Origin: Eledone cirrhosa
Taxonomy: Eukaryota
Direction of reading: 5' to 3'
NCBI GenBank assembly: GCA_964016885.1
Contig: OZ024754.1
Coordinates: forward strand, 2,790,001-2,854,000
DNA length: 64,000 bases
This document shows, piece by piece, positions 1 to 12,554 of the stretch; positions within the stretch are counted from its first letter, which is position 1, and each line of letters opens with the position of its first letter. The position numbers and the translations under genes are program-made. The notes beneath the pieces were generated by a model. The model made no database searches. It was not told the origin of the DNA and was given only the letters and a program-made list of their open reading frames with translations.

Positions 1-460
1 AAGGTGTGGGTGTGGTAGCAGTGTAAAGGTGTGGGGTGGGGTAGCAGTGTAAAGGTGTGGGTGGGGTAGCAGTGTAAAGGTGTGGGGTGTGGTAGCAGTG
101 TAAAGGTGTGGGGTGGGGTAGCAGTGTAAAGGTGTGGGGCGGGGTAGCAGTGTAAAGGTGTGGGGTGGGGTAGCAGTGTAAATGTGTGAGGTGGGGTAGC
201 AGTGTAAAGGTGTGGGGTGTGGTAGCAGTGTAAAGGTGTGGGGTGGGGTAGCAGTGTAAAGGTGTGGGGTGTGGTAGCAGTGTAAAGGTGTGGGGTGGGG
301 TAGCAGTGTAAAGATGTGGGGTGGGGTAGCAGTGTAAAGGTGTGGGGTGGAGTAGCAGTGCAAAGGTGAGGGGTGGGGTAGCAGTGTAAAGGTCTGGGGT
401 GGAGTAGCAGTGTAAAGGTGGGCAGTGTGGTAGCAGTGTAAAGATGTGGGGTGGGGTATC
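1..460. repeat. G-rich 26-bp minisatellite (AAAGGTGTGGGGTGGGGTAGCAGTGT)n, about 17-18 copies, runs off the window start
   Basis: Direct tandem repetition with point variants and no unique spacers. Confidence 0.95.
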
Positions 461-572
461 AGTCTATAGGCACGGAGCGGGGGAATGTAACGGCCTGTCT
501 AATAATACAATGATCTATTATTTAAATGTTCACGGCAACAGTTTTGTCACTTCTTAAATTACAGGACTCCTG

Positions 573-656
<84 letters not shown>

Positions 657-708
657 ATATAGCATGTCTATACGAGTCAAGGTGTATCTCTCTCTATATA
701 TATACATA

Positions 709-788
709 CAGGGTGTCCCCAAAAATTGTATACACACCTCAACAGCATTCTAATATATATTGCCTGTACAGGTAATCAAAGTGTGTAT
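709..788 (+). mobile_element. Truncated ~100-bp Tc1/mariner-type MITE (CAGGGTGTC TIR family)
   Basis: TA|CAGGGTGTCCCCAAAAATTGTATACACAC matches the complete copies at 35736 and 61790; right TIR is lost. Confidence 0.75.
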
Positions 789-792
789 GAAT

Positions 793-957
793 CCACAGTA
801 AGTAAGGTACTAAATACATTGGTAGAATGAAAACATCATGTTTAATATAGAAATGGCTTCTACAGGACTAGGACTGTTTCACCAGGAAACCTTTCCGAAT
901 GATTTCGTTTGAATGAAACAGTTCTAGTCCTGTAGAAGCGATTTCTATATTAAACAT
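793..957. mobile_element. HHR family A element, diverged foldback with degenerate core
   Basis: Homologous to 8353-8486 and 39521-39712. Inverted arms span 838-957. Plus strand reads CGAATGA-tttcgtttgaat-GAAA-cag-ttctagtc-ctg-TA-gaagc. Confidence 0.75.
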
Positions 958-958
958 T

Positions 959-994
<36 letters not shown>

Positions 995-1174
995 CAGTTA
1001 GTCAGTTCTTAGATATGCCAGCTCTGTGTTTATAGTGTTGATGGGACATATATATATATATATATATATATGTATCTATGTAAAAGGTAAAAGGTAAACA
1101 GAAATAACAACGCAATCGGTACAGTATATGAAAGGGATATATTAGGTTAACGATTGAAAAAGCAGGAAAAGAGT

Positions 1175-1210
1175 CTTAACATTTCGAACGCTAGTCCTTC
1201 ATCAGAAAAG
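1175..1210 (-). ncRNA. Minimal Penelope-type hammerhead ribozyme-like motif (family E)
   Basis: Minus strand ctttt-CTGATGA-aggac-tagc-gttc-GAAA-TG-TT-aag; related degenerate copy at 19483-19515. Confidence 0.55.
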
Positions 1211-1795
1211 AGAATGAGAAATAAGTTCGATTGAAGGGACGGTCGGGGTGAAATATATATATATACATACATATATCCACCTATATATATATAAATATAT
1301 ATATACATACATATATACATATAGATACGGAAATAGAAGTGGATAGATAGTTGATTTATAACTCCTGAGAATGTCACGACAAAGAGGTTAGCATTCTGCA
1401 AGAAATGTAAAATAAAACACTTTACAAACATTACTTTGATAAACTTCAGTAGGAAACATTCTAGGCACGCCGCCGCCTCTGTCGTATTGGGTTTCTCTGT
1501 ACAATAACGTTTGACTCGGGGAAGGTAAACAGTTTGAACTTTTGAATATAATATTTCCAAACCAGGTGGTTCTTTTAGATTTCGATAGGGTCTCGGCCAC
1601 AGTCGGATGTAATCTAACTGAGGTAATCTTCAGACACACACCCACATACATACACACACACAGATACATACACACATACACAGACACACAGATACAGACA
1701 CACACAGAGATACAGACACACAGATACAGACACACACAGAGATACATACACACATACACAGACACACAGATACATACACACAGACACACACACAC

Positions 1796-1879
<84 letters not shown>

Positions 1880-2020
1880 TATATATATAATATATACATA
1901 TATATAATATATATATACATATATATATATATAATATATACATATATATATATAATATATATATACATATATATATATATAATATATATATACATATATA
2001 TATATATATAATATATATAT

Positions 2021-2072
<52 letters not shown>

Positions 2073-2111
2073 ATATTAAATAAATGGAAACTATATTTAT
2101 AAAACCATATT

Positions 2112-2176
2112 TATTCTATTATATATATTTCAAAGGTACCATATAAAACTTTGTTACGCTTTCATCAGATAAAATA
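2112..2176 (-). ncRNA. Type I hammerhead ribozyme (family D), within element ~2066-2195
   Basis: Minus strand TATTTTAT-CTGATGA-(imperfect stem II)-GAAA-TATATA-TA-ATAGAATA; 8-bp stem I with one G-U. Homologs at 12541-12710 (+) and 33816-33898 (truncated). Confidence 0.7.
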
Positions 2177-2497
2177 CAAAGTTTGTTTTATAAATAGAGA
2201 CATACCCAGGAAAATCATACATTATCAGTTAAATATTCCCTGGATAGTGAGAGTATAGAATGCATTTTTCAAACTTATGGGTGAATATGCAAATGAATAT
2301 GTAGATAATTGAAAAACCGTTAATTTAAACACTATGGAGAGTTTAGATATATAATAGTAAGAGAGAGAAGAATGAAAAAAGAAAAGGAAATAAATATCCC
2401 TTCTACTTATATATATATACTCAGAAACTAACACATTCATGTACACGCACTCACACCATACAACACCATCCGCACATACATATATGTACACGTGTAT

Positions 2498-2540
<43 letters not shown>

Positions 2541-2565
2541 TATTTATATATTTTATATATATATA

Positions 2566-2711
2566 GGAAAAGAGTCAGAATCTAGCTGTCGAAACGGCCG
2601 GAGCTCAGCCGTCGGGGTCCTGACTCTCTTCCTATTACTCACTCTACTACCCTAAGTATCGAGTACTCTGGTGCATTATGGTCCACCTGGTTTCTTACCA
2701 CACCTTCTTTG

Positions 2712-2712
<1 letters not shown>
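2566..2712 (+). mobile_element. Family G element: 3' half of an HHR (GAAAC-GGC..GAGCTC..GCC-GTC-GGGGTC) plus conserved tail, in (TA)n
   Basis: One of about 12 full or partial copies in the window. Tail is cactctactaccctaagtatcgagtactctggtgcattatggtccacctgg. Confidence 0.8.
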
Positions 2713-2768
<56 letters not shown>

Positions 2769-2893
2769 TGTTAGACGCGAGATTACAGGTGAACACATAT
2801 CTGAGGACCATACGATTCCACTGATCGACAGTGAAACATATGTAATTAAATATGTATATGATGCAACACTCATTTTTTTTTCCTCTATGTATT

Positions 2894-2927
<34 letters not shown>

Positions 2928-2950
2928 CTTGTCTCTCTTTATTATATGTT

Positions 2951-3075
2951 GCCATTCTGAGTAAAATTCCCGCCGAGGTTAACTTTGCCATTCATCCTTA
3001 CGGGGTCGATAAAATAAAGTTCCAGTAATGTACTGGGAAAATTGCTGGCCTTGTGCCAAAAGTAGAAACAATTAT
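2951..3075 (+). mobile_element. tRNA-derived SINE family 1, 5'-truncated
   Basis: Core cccgccgaggttaactttgcc..tcatccttacggggtcgataaaataaag and tail gctggccttgtgccaaaagtagaaacaatt, shared by more than 15 copies. Confidence 0.85.
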
Positions 3076-3194
3076 ATTATAAGGCTCGGAAATTTTTTTT
3101 TATCCTTGAGCTATTTTAATTATAAGGGACTATTGTAAGTTTTTAACTCAATGTATACTTTTGATATATATGTGTGTGGGTGTGTGTGTGGATG

Positions 3195-3309
<115 letters not shown>

Positions 3310-3704
3310 ATATGTGTGTGTGTGTGTGTACATATGTGTATGTGTGTTATATTAAAATATATTGAAACACAAATAGTTTACTGTTGCTAGAGACATGCAA
3401 ACAGTATTGCTGGCAATCAATAAAATGTATTGTTGCGAGTGTGAGAGAAAGAGTTTCTTTAATAAGTGCAACTGTTAGAGATCCTTCATTAACCACGTAC
3501 ACAGGTATATCCCTACAGGATGTGGAATATAACTGATAGAATAATCTACATCCCATAACCTTTATGTAACAGGATGTCATTGTTTACTCACTTCCGGTAT
3601 AACTTTAACAAACTATATATTCATAGCTTTCTATATAAAGAACTTGTATATTGTAGAAATCAAGGGATGTTCCGTGATTCGTTAAAGTTTATTTGTTATT
3701 ACGG

Positions 3705-3899
3705 TTAGTTTTAGCTTTCATCTTTATAGTGTCGATAAAATAAAGTACCAGTAATACATTGGAGTCGAATTAATTGACTTGACTTTTCCCCTCCCCAAAA
3801 ATGTGTTGGCCTTGTGTCTAAATCAGAAACCGTTATTATTATTTTGGGCGGGAAACTGGCAGTATCGGTAGACCGTCGGACAACATAGAGTTACGGCCT
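3705..3899 (+). mobile_element. SINE family 1 diverged copy plus head fragment
   Basis: gtcgataaaataaagtaccagtaatac...ggccttgtgtctaaatcagaaac, followed by the head ggcagtatcggtaga..tcggac. Confidence 0.7.
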
Positions 3900-4687
3900 G
3901 TGTGTTTTGTATATATATATATATATAATTGGTGTTGGATTCTTAGAGCGTCCGTATGCGGTAGGCCGTATGAGCACTCGATCGTGCCTCGAGCCGGTCG
4001 CCAGAGAAACGATTGTAATATGTCCAATAAATTCCATTCGTCGCAACACTGATTCTCTTTTTTTCTGTGATATATATATATATATATGATTAGTGTGCCT
4101 TTTATATGAAACGCTATTATGTGTGTGTTTCTGTAGATTAACATGTTTAAGGGAGAGCTATTTTTCTTATCTTTTATCTAGTTATTTGTTTAATTAATTT
4201 CTTTTAGGTAAATATTCCTGTAAACACTTGACACAACTCAACCTGGGTGCAATGTGTGATATTCCTAAAACAAGCCAGAAAAATATTCCTTCAACGTTGC
4301 CAGGTGAGTAAATTACTTTATTTAATTTTATGGCGGAGGATGGGGGGGGGGGGGGGTCCTGATTATAAAAATATCTTTACTTTTGATTTTAGCTTTTGCT
4401 TGTGCTACAATTTTTATTATATTATATATTGTTTATTATTACTTTTTATCTTGTGTGATTAAATGTTTGTGTTACCGTTTTGTGCGTCGGATCGTTACAT
4501 TCCGTACCATGGGTACTAGTATGATACTTTTCTAATAGGTGCTATGGAAGTGTTTTATAAAGTCAAGTGGTTGGTTATATGTTGATCTGGTTAATGTTGT
4601 AATTGATCGGTATCGTCTTTAAACACAGCTGCTTCGTCCAAATATTCAGTAAATATTTCTTAAACTTATATCTCTGTTGTGAAGTTT

Positions 4688-4960
4688 CATGGCCAAAGTG
4701 GTCAGAGAGTTGGGTTCGCAATCGTGTGCCTGCGAGTTTAATTCTCGGACCCGGTGGTGCGTTGTGTCTTTGAGCAAACACTTCATTTCACGTTGCTCCT
4801 TCAGCCAGGAGTTTCGACCGGTAGATAGTAACAGCAATGGAAAGACCAGTGGAAACATTGTTTCTTTGGTCCGATTTGACGAGGTCCACCCCACTTGGCA
4901 AACGAATGGGATATGGGATCCTGTCGATCGATCAGAGCAATATCTCTTTCAATGGGAGAA
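4688..4960 (+). mobile_element. tRNA-derived SINE family 2
   Basis: A-box-like tggccaaagtgg, then gtgtctttgagcaaacacttcatttcacgttgctcc; reverse copy at 20780-20915. Confidence 0.65.
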
Positions 4961-5758
4961 GACTGATTGATTTCCCATATCAAGTAACCAGTTTTGTGCC
5001 TCTCTCTCTAGTTTTGAACAAAGAAAACTAAAATCTATGAAGTTGTTACAAATCCTATGCGTTAAATAATAATTTAAGAACGGTTCACAGTGCTACCACC
5101 CCCGTTTTGCAGAGAAATTTCACATAACCATTTTTCCAGTCCCAGTCTTAATCACAAGAGTGATCTAATTTAATATTGTGTTCATATACCAAAATTCTTT
5201 CTTTCTAAAAAAAAAAAAAAGATTGCGGTTTGAATCGCAATTTCTTGTTCATTCTTAATGAAATATGAAACTTTACAATGAGAATAAAACCTTTAGCTAA
5301 TGTAACGCAATGGGTCGATTTAATCGACTTTCCCTTCCTCCAAAATTGCTGTCCTTGTGTCTAAAGTAGAATCCATGGTTGTTTTCACCACCATCATTAT
5401 CATCGTCGACTACATCACCATATTAATCCACTATCAGAAATTATTTTGGTTAGAATATTTTTAAATTTAACTTCACCTGTAATAACATTAATAATGATAA
5501 TAATAATAAACATAAAAGTTGACTGCAGAAAGTTTCACTTTTATTGAATTCACTCACAGTTAACACTTCCTCCAACTTTTACTGAAAATGTCGCCAATCC
5601 ATTGATGACTGAATGAAAAGGAAGACATTTTCGATGTATTACTCTCTTCATTGTGAGCAGGCTAGCTGTCGGCGAGCTAAATACTCAATATTGCTTCAAT
5701 ATATTTAGGTTTATTTGTCTTTGTTTCACAACAAAACACAATTTCTAAACCTCCCTTC

Positions 5759-5925
5759 TGTAGAACAGCTTTTATTTCAATGTTTGGTTGATAGGGGACT
5801 CCGTCCAAGAGAGATACGCATAGTGATGCATGCATATATATATATATGCATGCATCACTATGCGTATCTCTCTTCTTGAACGGAGTCCCCTATCAACCAA
5901 ACATTGAAATAAAAGCTGTTCTACA
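5759..5925. repeat. Foldback (~75-bp arms) centred on (TA)n
   Basis: tgtagaacagcttttatttcaatg...gcatgca(TA)n tgcatgc...cattgaaataaaagctgttctaca, with a small indel and a mismatch. Confidence 0.9.
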
Positions 5926-6028
5926 AATATATATATATGTATATATATATATATCTGTATGTGTATATATATATATATATATATATACGAAGATGTTGAT
6001 AGATACATACATACATAATGATATGAAG

Positions 6029-6104
<76 letters not shown>

Positions 6105-6249
6105 AGAGAGAGAGAGAGAGGGTTCGAACTATAACACAACACACCGTGAAAGGGATAAGACGTACGTTTGTTACATTGAATGTTATTTTAACACTAGGTG
6201 TCCGCTTCTCATTAAGAGTGGCAAACAAGCAATCTCTTTGGGGGAAGTA

Positions 6250-6460
6250 AAGTTGACAATGGAAGTACATTATTTGCACAGACAAAGGTGGACATAAACG
6301 ACGATTTTGAAGAAGAAAATTTCTGTGAGAATAATTGAAACAAGCCTCACGCAACATCTCTTCTGGGGTTTTGTCAATAGTCTTCATTATATTTGGCATC
6401 ACAGACAAATATTACCACTTAGATTTTACGAATAGATTCTGCCTAATTCCGTGAAGCAAA
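6250..6460 (-). pseudogene. Possible decayed Helitron (Pif1-like helicase) fragment
   Basis: Peptide MPNIMKTIDKTPEEMLREACFNYSHRNFLLQNRRLC loosely resembles the Helitron helicase segment before RAILAP, from recalled consensus only. Confidence 0.3.
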
Positions 6461-6588
6461 TATTTCTATCATATATTATTACAACACTATTCATTAATTA
6501 TTTAATTTACCCATACATACATATATAAATATATATATGCATATATATATATTTATAAATATATATTATAGTTATATAAATATATATT

Positions 6589-6645
<57 letters not shown>

Positions 6646-6655
6646 ATATTTTTAT

Positions 6656-6693
<38 letters not shown>

Positions 6694-6719
6694 ATATTTT
6701 TATTAATATATATATATAT

Positions 6720-6755
<36 letters not shown>

Positions 6756-6759
6756 TTTA

Positions 6760-6796
<37 letters not shown>

Positions 6797-6816
6797 TTAT
6801 AAATATATATTATAGT

Positions 6817-6848
<32 letters not shown>

Positions 6849-6884
6849 TATATATATATATTTATATATAGAGAGAGAGATTTA

Positions 6885-6941
<57 letters not shown>

Positions 6942-7570
6942 TTACATATATATATTTATAATTATATATATATATATATATTATATATATATATTATATA
7001 GTTATGTACAGTTATTCTTTCCACTCTTTCCATTGGTTTTGTGTGGATAGAAACTTTCCCCGAACAACATAGGGATACGCAACAGGAAATAACCATCACG
7101 TGATACATCATTGCTTTCTCGCAAAATTTATGCCCATTCAATTACGTCTAATTGATACAAGACAGTGATTTAAACACGGTGATATATTGTTTGATTTGGC
7201 TTACAATCGATACAGTTGTTAATATGAGAGCTGCAAACGATGACAAACCTGAAATAGTGTATAAAATTGTTATCAACACCGAAATTAATCAAATAATAAT
7301 TATATATTTCCTATTTCACATACATTACGGAGAGACGCTGTTTGTGAAATTATGCGCAGGCATATTTAGATAGATAGAAGCACTCAAATACACACACATG
7401 CACAAACATTCATACACACATATATATATATGTCTGTGTATGTGTGTGTGTGTGTATATGCGTATATTTGTATTGATGTTTATATATGCGCATGTTTGTG
7501 TATATATATATATATATGTGTATAGAGCTTTATATATCCATATGTATGTGTGTTTGTGTGTATATATGTA

Positions 7571-7657
<87 letters not shown>

Positions 7658-8146
7658 CTATAACACATGCCGAACAAATGGCGGTTTATCTGGAATCTCA
7701 GTAAAGAAAGTCAGAGAAGCGGAAAGTCGATTGCAGCAGATAATAAATGTTTTATATTCCGAAACGATATCATAGTAACATTAACTGTTATATAGTGGTG
7801 GTGGTGGTGGTGTTGGTGGTGGTGGTGGTGGTAGTGCTGGTGGTGTGGCAGTGATGGTGGTGGTGGTGCTGGTGGTGGTGATGGTGGTGCTAGTGGTGGT
7901 GGTGGTGGTGGTGCTGGTGGTAGTGAAGGGACTAGAGGGGTGACATGATTGCAAAGTGTGTACAAGTTGTGACATCATCACTAACCCCCACCACTACTAC
8001 TACTACTACTACAATCATCAACATCATCTTAAGACCAAACATTGTCATCATCAACATTATTACCATCACCACCACCAACACCTACATCATTACCTTCATC
8101 ATAAAGCATTTAAAATTTATGGCTACATGCATGCATAGAAATCTCT

Positions 8147-8222
<76 letters not shown>

Positions 8223-8296
8223 TGTGTGTGTTTTTTTTATTTGTATACATGTATATAGCCATAATTTATAAATTACGAACAAATATGACTTCAATG

Positions 8297-8349
<53 letters not shown>

Positions 8350-8433
8350 TACGTTATTCCGGGTTGAATCGGAGGTAACCACAGTAAGTAAGGTACTCAA
8401 TACATAGCAGAGTATAAAAGTTTTAATATAGAT

Positions 8434-8486
8434 GAGATTCTACAGGACTAGAACTGATTCATTCTTTAGAAATCATCAGGAATCTC
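8434..8486 (-). ncRNA. Type I HHR family A copy with A15.1U change (element 8353-8486, fused to a family G tail 8493-8570)
   Basis: Minus strand GAGATTC-CTGATGA-tttc-taaa-gaat-GAAT-cag-ttctagtc-ctg-TA-GAATCTC; 7-bp stem I. Confidence 0.7.
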
Positions 8487-8579
8487 TGATCATATTACCC
8501 ACTCTACTACCCCCAGTATCGAGTACTCTGGTGAGTTATGGTCCACCTGGTATTTCACCACACCTTTTCTGATACAGAA

Positions 8580-8639
<60 letters not shown>

Positions 8640-9746
8640 GCGTGTGTGTGTGTGTGCGTGTGTGTGTGTGTGTGTGTGTGCGTGTGCGTGTGCGTGTGCG
8701 TGTGCGTGTGTGTGTGTGTGTTTGTCTGTGTGTGTACACAGGTATACTCCAACACACCCACACGTCTATGGCGACTGGGGCGGGGGCGAGGGGCGACGTG
8801 GTGGTATACAAGTTATTATAATAATCGTTATATATGTATTTGTGAGAAACTAAACCATCAACCAATTTGCTTTACCATCCATTACGTCTTATCATGAAAT
8901 CTTCTATTCTGTCAGTCAAAATATATATATATACTCTTGATCTATCTGTGTAGAAATTATCTCTTTGAGAGAAATCAAGATATGTTGTGTGTATATCTGA
9001 AGATAAGGAATCATTGATGTCGTGTTAACACAAGGTCACTAGTTGCTATATAGACAGATACCAATTCCGTTTGATTCTGGAATAGATTACTAGGTATGTA
9101 AAATGACTGATAGGTAGGTAGGAAGGTAGGTAGGTACGTACGAAAGTAGGAATGTATGCATGTATACATGTATGTATGTATGTATGTATGTATGTATACA
9201 TATTTGTATGTATATATGTATATATGTATACATATTTGTATGTATATATGTATACATATTTGTATGTATACATGTTTGTATGTACGTATGTATGTATGTA
9301 TGAATGTATTATGAATGTATGTATGTATGTATGTATGTATCCAATGATGTTGACTTGTTCTTCTTTTTGGTAAATATCATCTTGGTTAAGAGAGTGGGAC
9401 TGGCTTTGTGCAGTGCCTTTGCTCACTATAAAAGCTTCACGGCACAAACATTGCTTTATATCTGGAGATCTCTCTGCACTTGTCATCACATGGTACCATG
9501 GGCCCAGCACTATGTGTCAATAATTGTCACAAGTGTAGTGTTTGTACCAGAGTTTCAAGTCGCTGGCTGGACTAAAAAGTCACACTCGTTCAGCGCATCG
9601 GTAAGGGTTCTCCTACATGGATATAAAGTAGTGGCCGTACTCGAAAACGAGTTGGCAGCCACAATGTATGTATGTATGTATGTATGTATGTATGTATGTA
9701 TGTATGTATGTATGTGTGTATGTATGAATGTATGTATGTATGTATG

Positions 9747-10043
9747 TTTCTCTTTCTCTTAATTTCGAGTACATTTTTGACCGGCCACCTTCTTGCTGGC
9801 AAGGATGTAAAAGAAAACAAATTGTCATCTCTTGAATGTTTTGCAAATTTTGAAGGTGCCAGATATCGCAGCCATTTGTAGTTTCTGAATTAGGGAGCTG
9901 CGCTCTTTGTCCGCAAATCCAAGTTCAGTCATACTTTGGTCCAAGCGGGCTGGTATATAACCCGTAGCTCCAATAATGATGCGTATGAAGCTGAAGGTGT
10001 ATCTTGGATACTGGATCTGCAAACTCCTCATCAATGGTCCGTA
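9747..10043 (-). mobile_element. 3' fragment of an RLE-endonuclease non-LTR retrotransposon (R4/Dong-like) inserted in (TACA)n
   Basis: YGPLMRSLQIQYPRYTFSFIRIIIGATGYIPARLDQSMTELG...LIQKLQMAAISGTFKICKTFKR* fits the C-terminal RLE pattern (PIIIGALG-like). Short 3' UTR; (TATG)n on both sides. Confidence 0.7.
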
Positions 10044-10282
10044 TGTATGTATGTATGTATGTATATGAATGTATGCGTATACGTTTATATGAATGTGTGT
10101 ATGTAGGTAGATAGCTAGGTTTTAGATTGTGCTGATATAAAGTTCATGAATTTATACAGAGTTCAAATGCCGTGCGTTAGAAATGAGAGTTTGGACATTT
10201 CAAAGCAAAGTTCTTGATCAGAGAGAGAAATTCCATCACACCGTACGCCATATAAACTATTCCAAATTTAATTACACCAGAT

Positions 10283-10370
<88 letters not shown>

Positions 10371-10516
10371 GATATTTCCTTTGTTTTTATTGTTTAATCC
10401 CAAGTCAACCCAGTTTTAACAGAGCTATGATGAATGGGATACCAGACGTAATGATACCATCTTGCTGGGAATCCTGAATCACATTATCCAACATGTCTTA
10501 TATATATATATCAGAT

Positions 10517-10700
10517 AGGGTGTGGTAAAAACCAGGTAGACCATAACCCACCAGAGTACTCAATACTTGGAGTAGTAGAATGGGTAATATGAAACGATTC
10601 AGGACCCCGACGGCTGAGCTCCGGCCGTTTCTAGAACTCAGTTCGGATCTAGCTGTCAAACGGCCGGAGCTCAGCCGTCGGGGTCCTGAATCTTTTCATT
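10517..10700. mobile_element. Family G foldback element
   Basis: Reverse tail, then aggaccccgacggctgagctccggccgttt...aaacggccggagctcagccgtcggggtcct. Confidence 0.85.
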
Positions 10701-10701
10701 C

Positions 10702-10761
<60 letters not shown>

Positions 10762-10854
10762 GAAGTAATTCCGTCGGAAAGGTCCAGGAAAAAAGAGTGC
10801 TCTATGTAGGTAACAGAGCTTAATAGTTATGTAATAAAGAACATAAGGCAATTA

Positions 10855-10915
10855 TTTCATTTACCAGTGGTTTCTTAAAAGCAAACAAATTTTGCTTTCA
10901 ATCATCAGAATGAAA
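10855..10915 (-). ncRNA. Type I hammerhead ribozyme (family B), mirror copy
   Basis: Reverse complement of 10995-11055, inside palindrome 10823-11087. Confidence 0.85.
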
Positions 10916-10994
10916 AAATCCTGGTGTATTTATTGACATTGGATTTTAAAAACCGGGTTTTTAAAATCCAATGTCAATAAATACACCAGGATTT

Positions 10995-11055
10995 TTTCAT
11001 TCTGATGATTGAAAGCAAAATTTGTTTGCTTTTAAGAAACCACTGGTAAATGAAA
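10995..11055 (+). ncRNA. Type I hammerhead ribozyme (family B)
   Basis: TTTCATT-CTGATGA-TTGAAAGCAAA-atttg-TTTGCTTTTAA-GAAA-CC-ACT-GG-TA^-AATGAAA; 7-bp stem I, 11-bp stem II, GUA site after 11048. Confidence 0.88.
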
Positions 11056-11080
11056 TAATTGCCTTATGTTGTTTATTACA

Positions 11081-11119
<39 letters not shown>

Positions 11120-11172
11120 GGGAGGGTGTGTATATATATGTGTGTGTGTGTGTGCTACTACTACTGCAGCTG

Positions 11173-11224
<52 letters not shown>

Positions 11225-11264
11225 CAGTAGTAGTAGTAGTAGTAGTAGTAGCAGTAGTAGTAGC

Positions 11265-11305
<41 letters not shown>

Positions 11306-11395
11306 AGGTGGTGGTGGTAGTGTCAATGCTTGTCATACATTCAACTAGTATTTAAACAACCGTACCAACTCACAAACAATGTTCCGGGAACTCAC

Positions 11396-11520
11396 TTATA
11401 TACACAAATATATACACAAATATATACACAAATATATACAAATATATACACAAATATATACACAAATATATACACAAATATATACACAAATATATACACA
11501 AATATATACACAAATATATA
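11396..11520. repeat. 12-bp tandem (TATACACAAATA)n
   Basis: About 10 direct copies. Confidence 0.9.
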
Positions 11521-12224
11521 ACAGAGAGAAGATATAGAGAGGGGGAGAGATAGAGAGACAGGGAGTGAGAAGGAAGAGAGAAGATATAGAGAGGGGGAGA
11601 GATAGAGAGACAGGGAGTGAGAAGGACAGAGAGTGAGAGTGAAAGAGAGAAAGAGAGAGAGAGAGTGAAACAAGTACAGGGGAAGAACGAAGGAGAGAAA
11701 AAGTGAATTAGAATGGGAGGGGGATAGAGTGGGATAGAGATAGAGCGGGAGAGAGAGAGGGGAGAGGGTTAGAGAGGGATAGAGAGAGAGAGTGAGAGAG
11801 AGAGAGAGAGAGGGGGGGGGGAGTGTAAGAGGGATAGAGAGGGTTAGAAAGAGACTGAGTGAGAGATGGAGAGGGATAGAGAATGAGAGAGAGGAAGAGA
11901 GAGAGAGAGAGAGAGAGGGGGGGTGAGAGAATGAGAGAGAGATAGACCGGGAGAGATATAGAGAAGGAGAGAGAGGGGCAGAGATATAGAGAAGGAGAGA
12001 GAGAGGAAGGTAGACACATGTTAGTTTGATATTTGGAATATTTGAAATGAAGGCGTGAAGAATGTGTTACAAGAGAGCATACTAGATAATGAAGTGTTAG
12101 ATTACAGTAGAGGACTCATAGAATACTGCCACCATACTATTGACTGTTAGTAGGTCAATTATATTGGAACTAGTAGAAGTTGAATGGAGAGGGAGTCGTG
12201 TGGACATTCATACCTTTATATACT

Positions 12225-12440
12225 GTATACAACGAAACAACCTGCTCGTGGGATTCTCGGGCAAGCGGCTGAACATTCCTTAGACTCGTGTACCCTTAAC
12301 GTAATTCTCAGGGAGATTCAGCAATGACACAGTGTGTATCATGACTGGCCTTTTGAATTACAGGTATATTCCATTCGACAGGCTTCCAAACAGTTTCCAT
12401 CTACCAAATGTCAGTCACAATTCATGGGTTGACCCGGGGC
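12225..12440 (-). mobile_element. Decayed SINE fragments
   Basis: 12380-12435 is reverse-homologous to the 3' part of the SINE at 40127-40275 (tttggtagacggaaac). 12225-12365 resembles a recalled octopus SINE tail. Confidence 0.5.
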
Positions 12441-12554
12441 AATTATTGACTCGCAATGAGTGCATATGTATGCACGTATGTATGTATAATTCGCTGAGGT
12501 TGTCTTTTTTCCGGGTATGTCAATATTTATTTATAAAACATTAAAACAAATCAG

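Noticed and set aside
3985-4035. GAAACGATTGTA half-HHR motif, the same as at 60688
   Set aside because: No CUGANGA or stem I partner found upstream.
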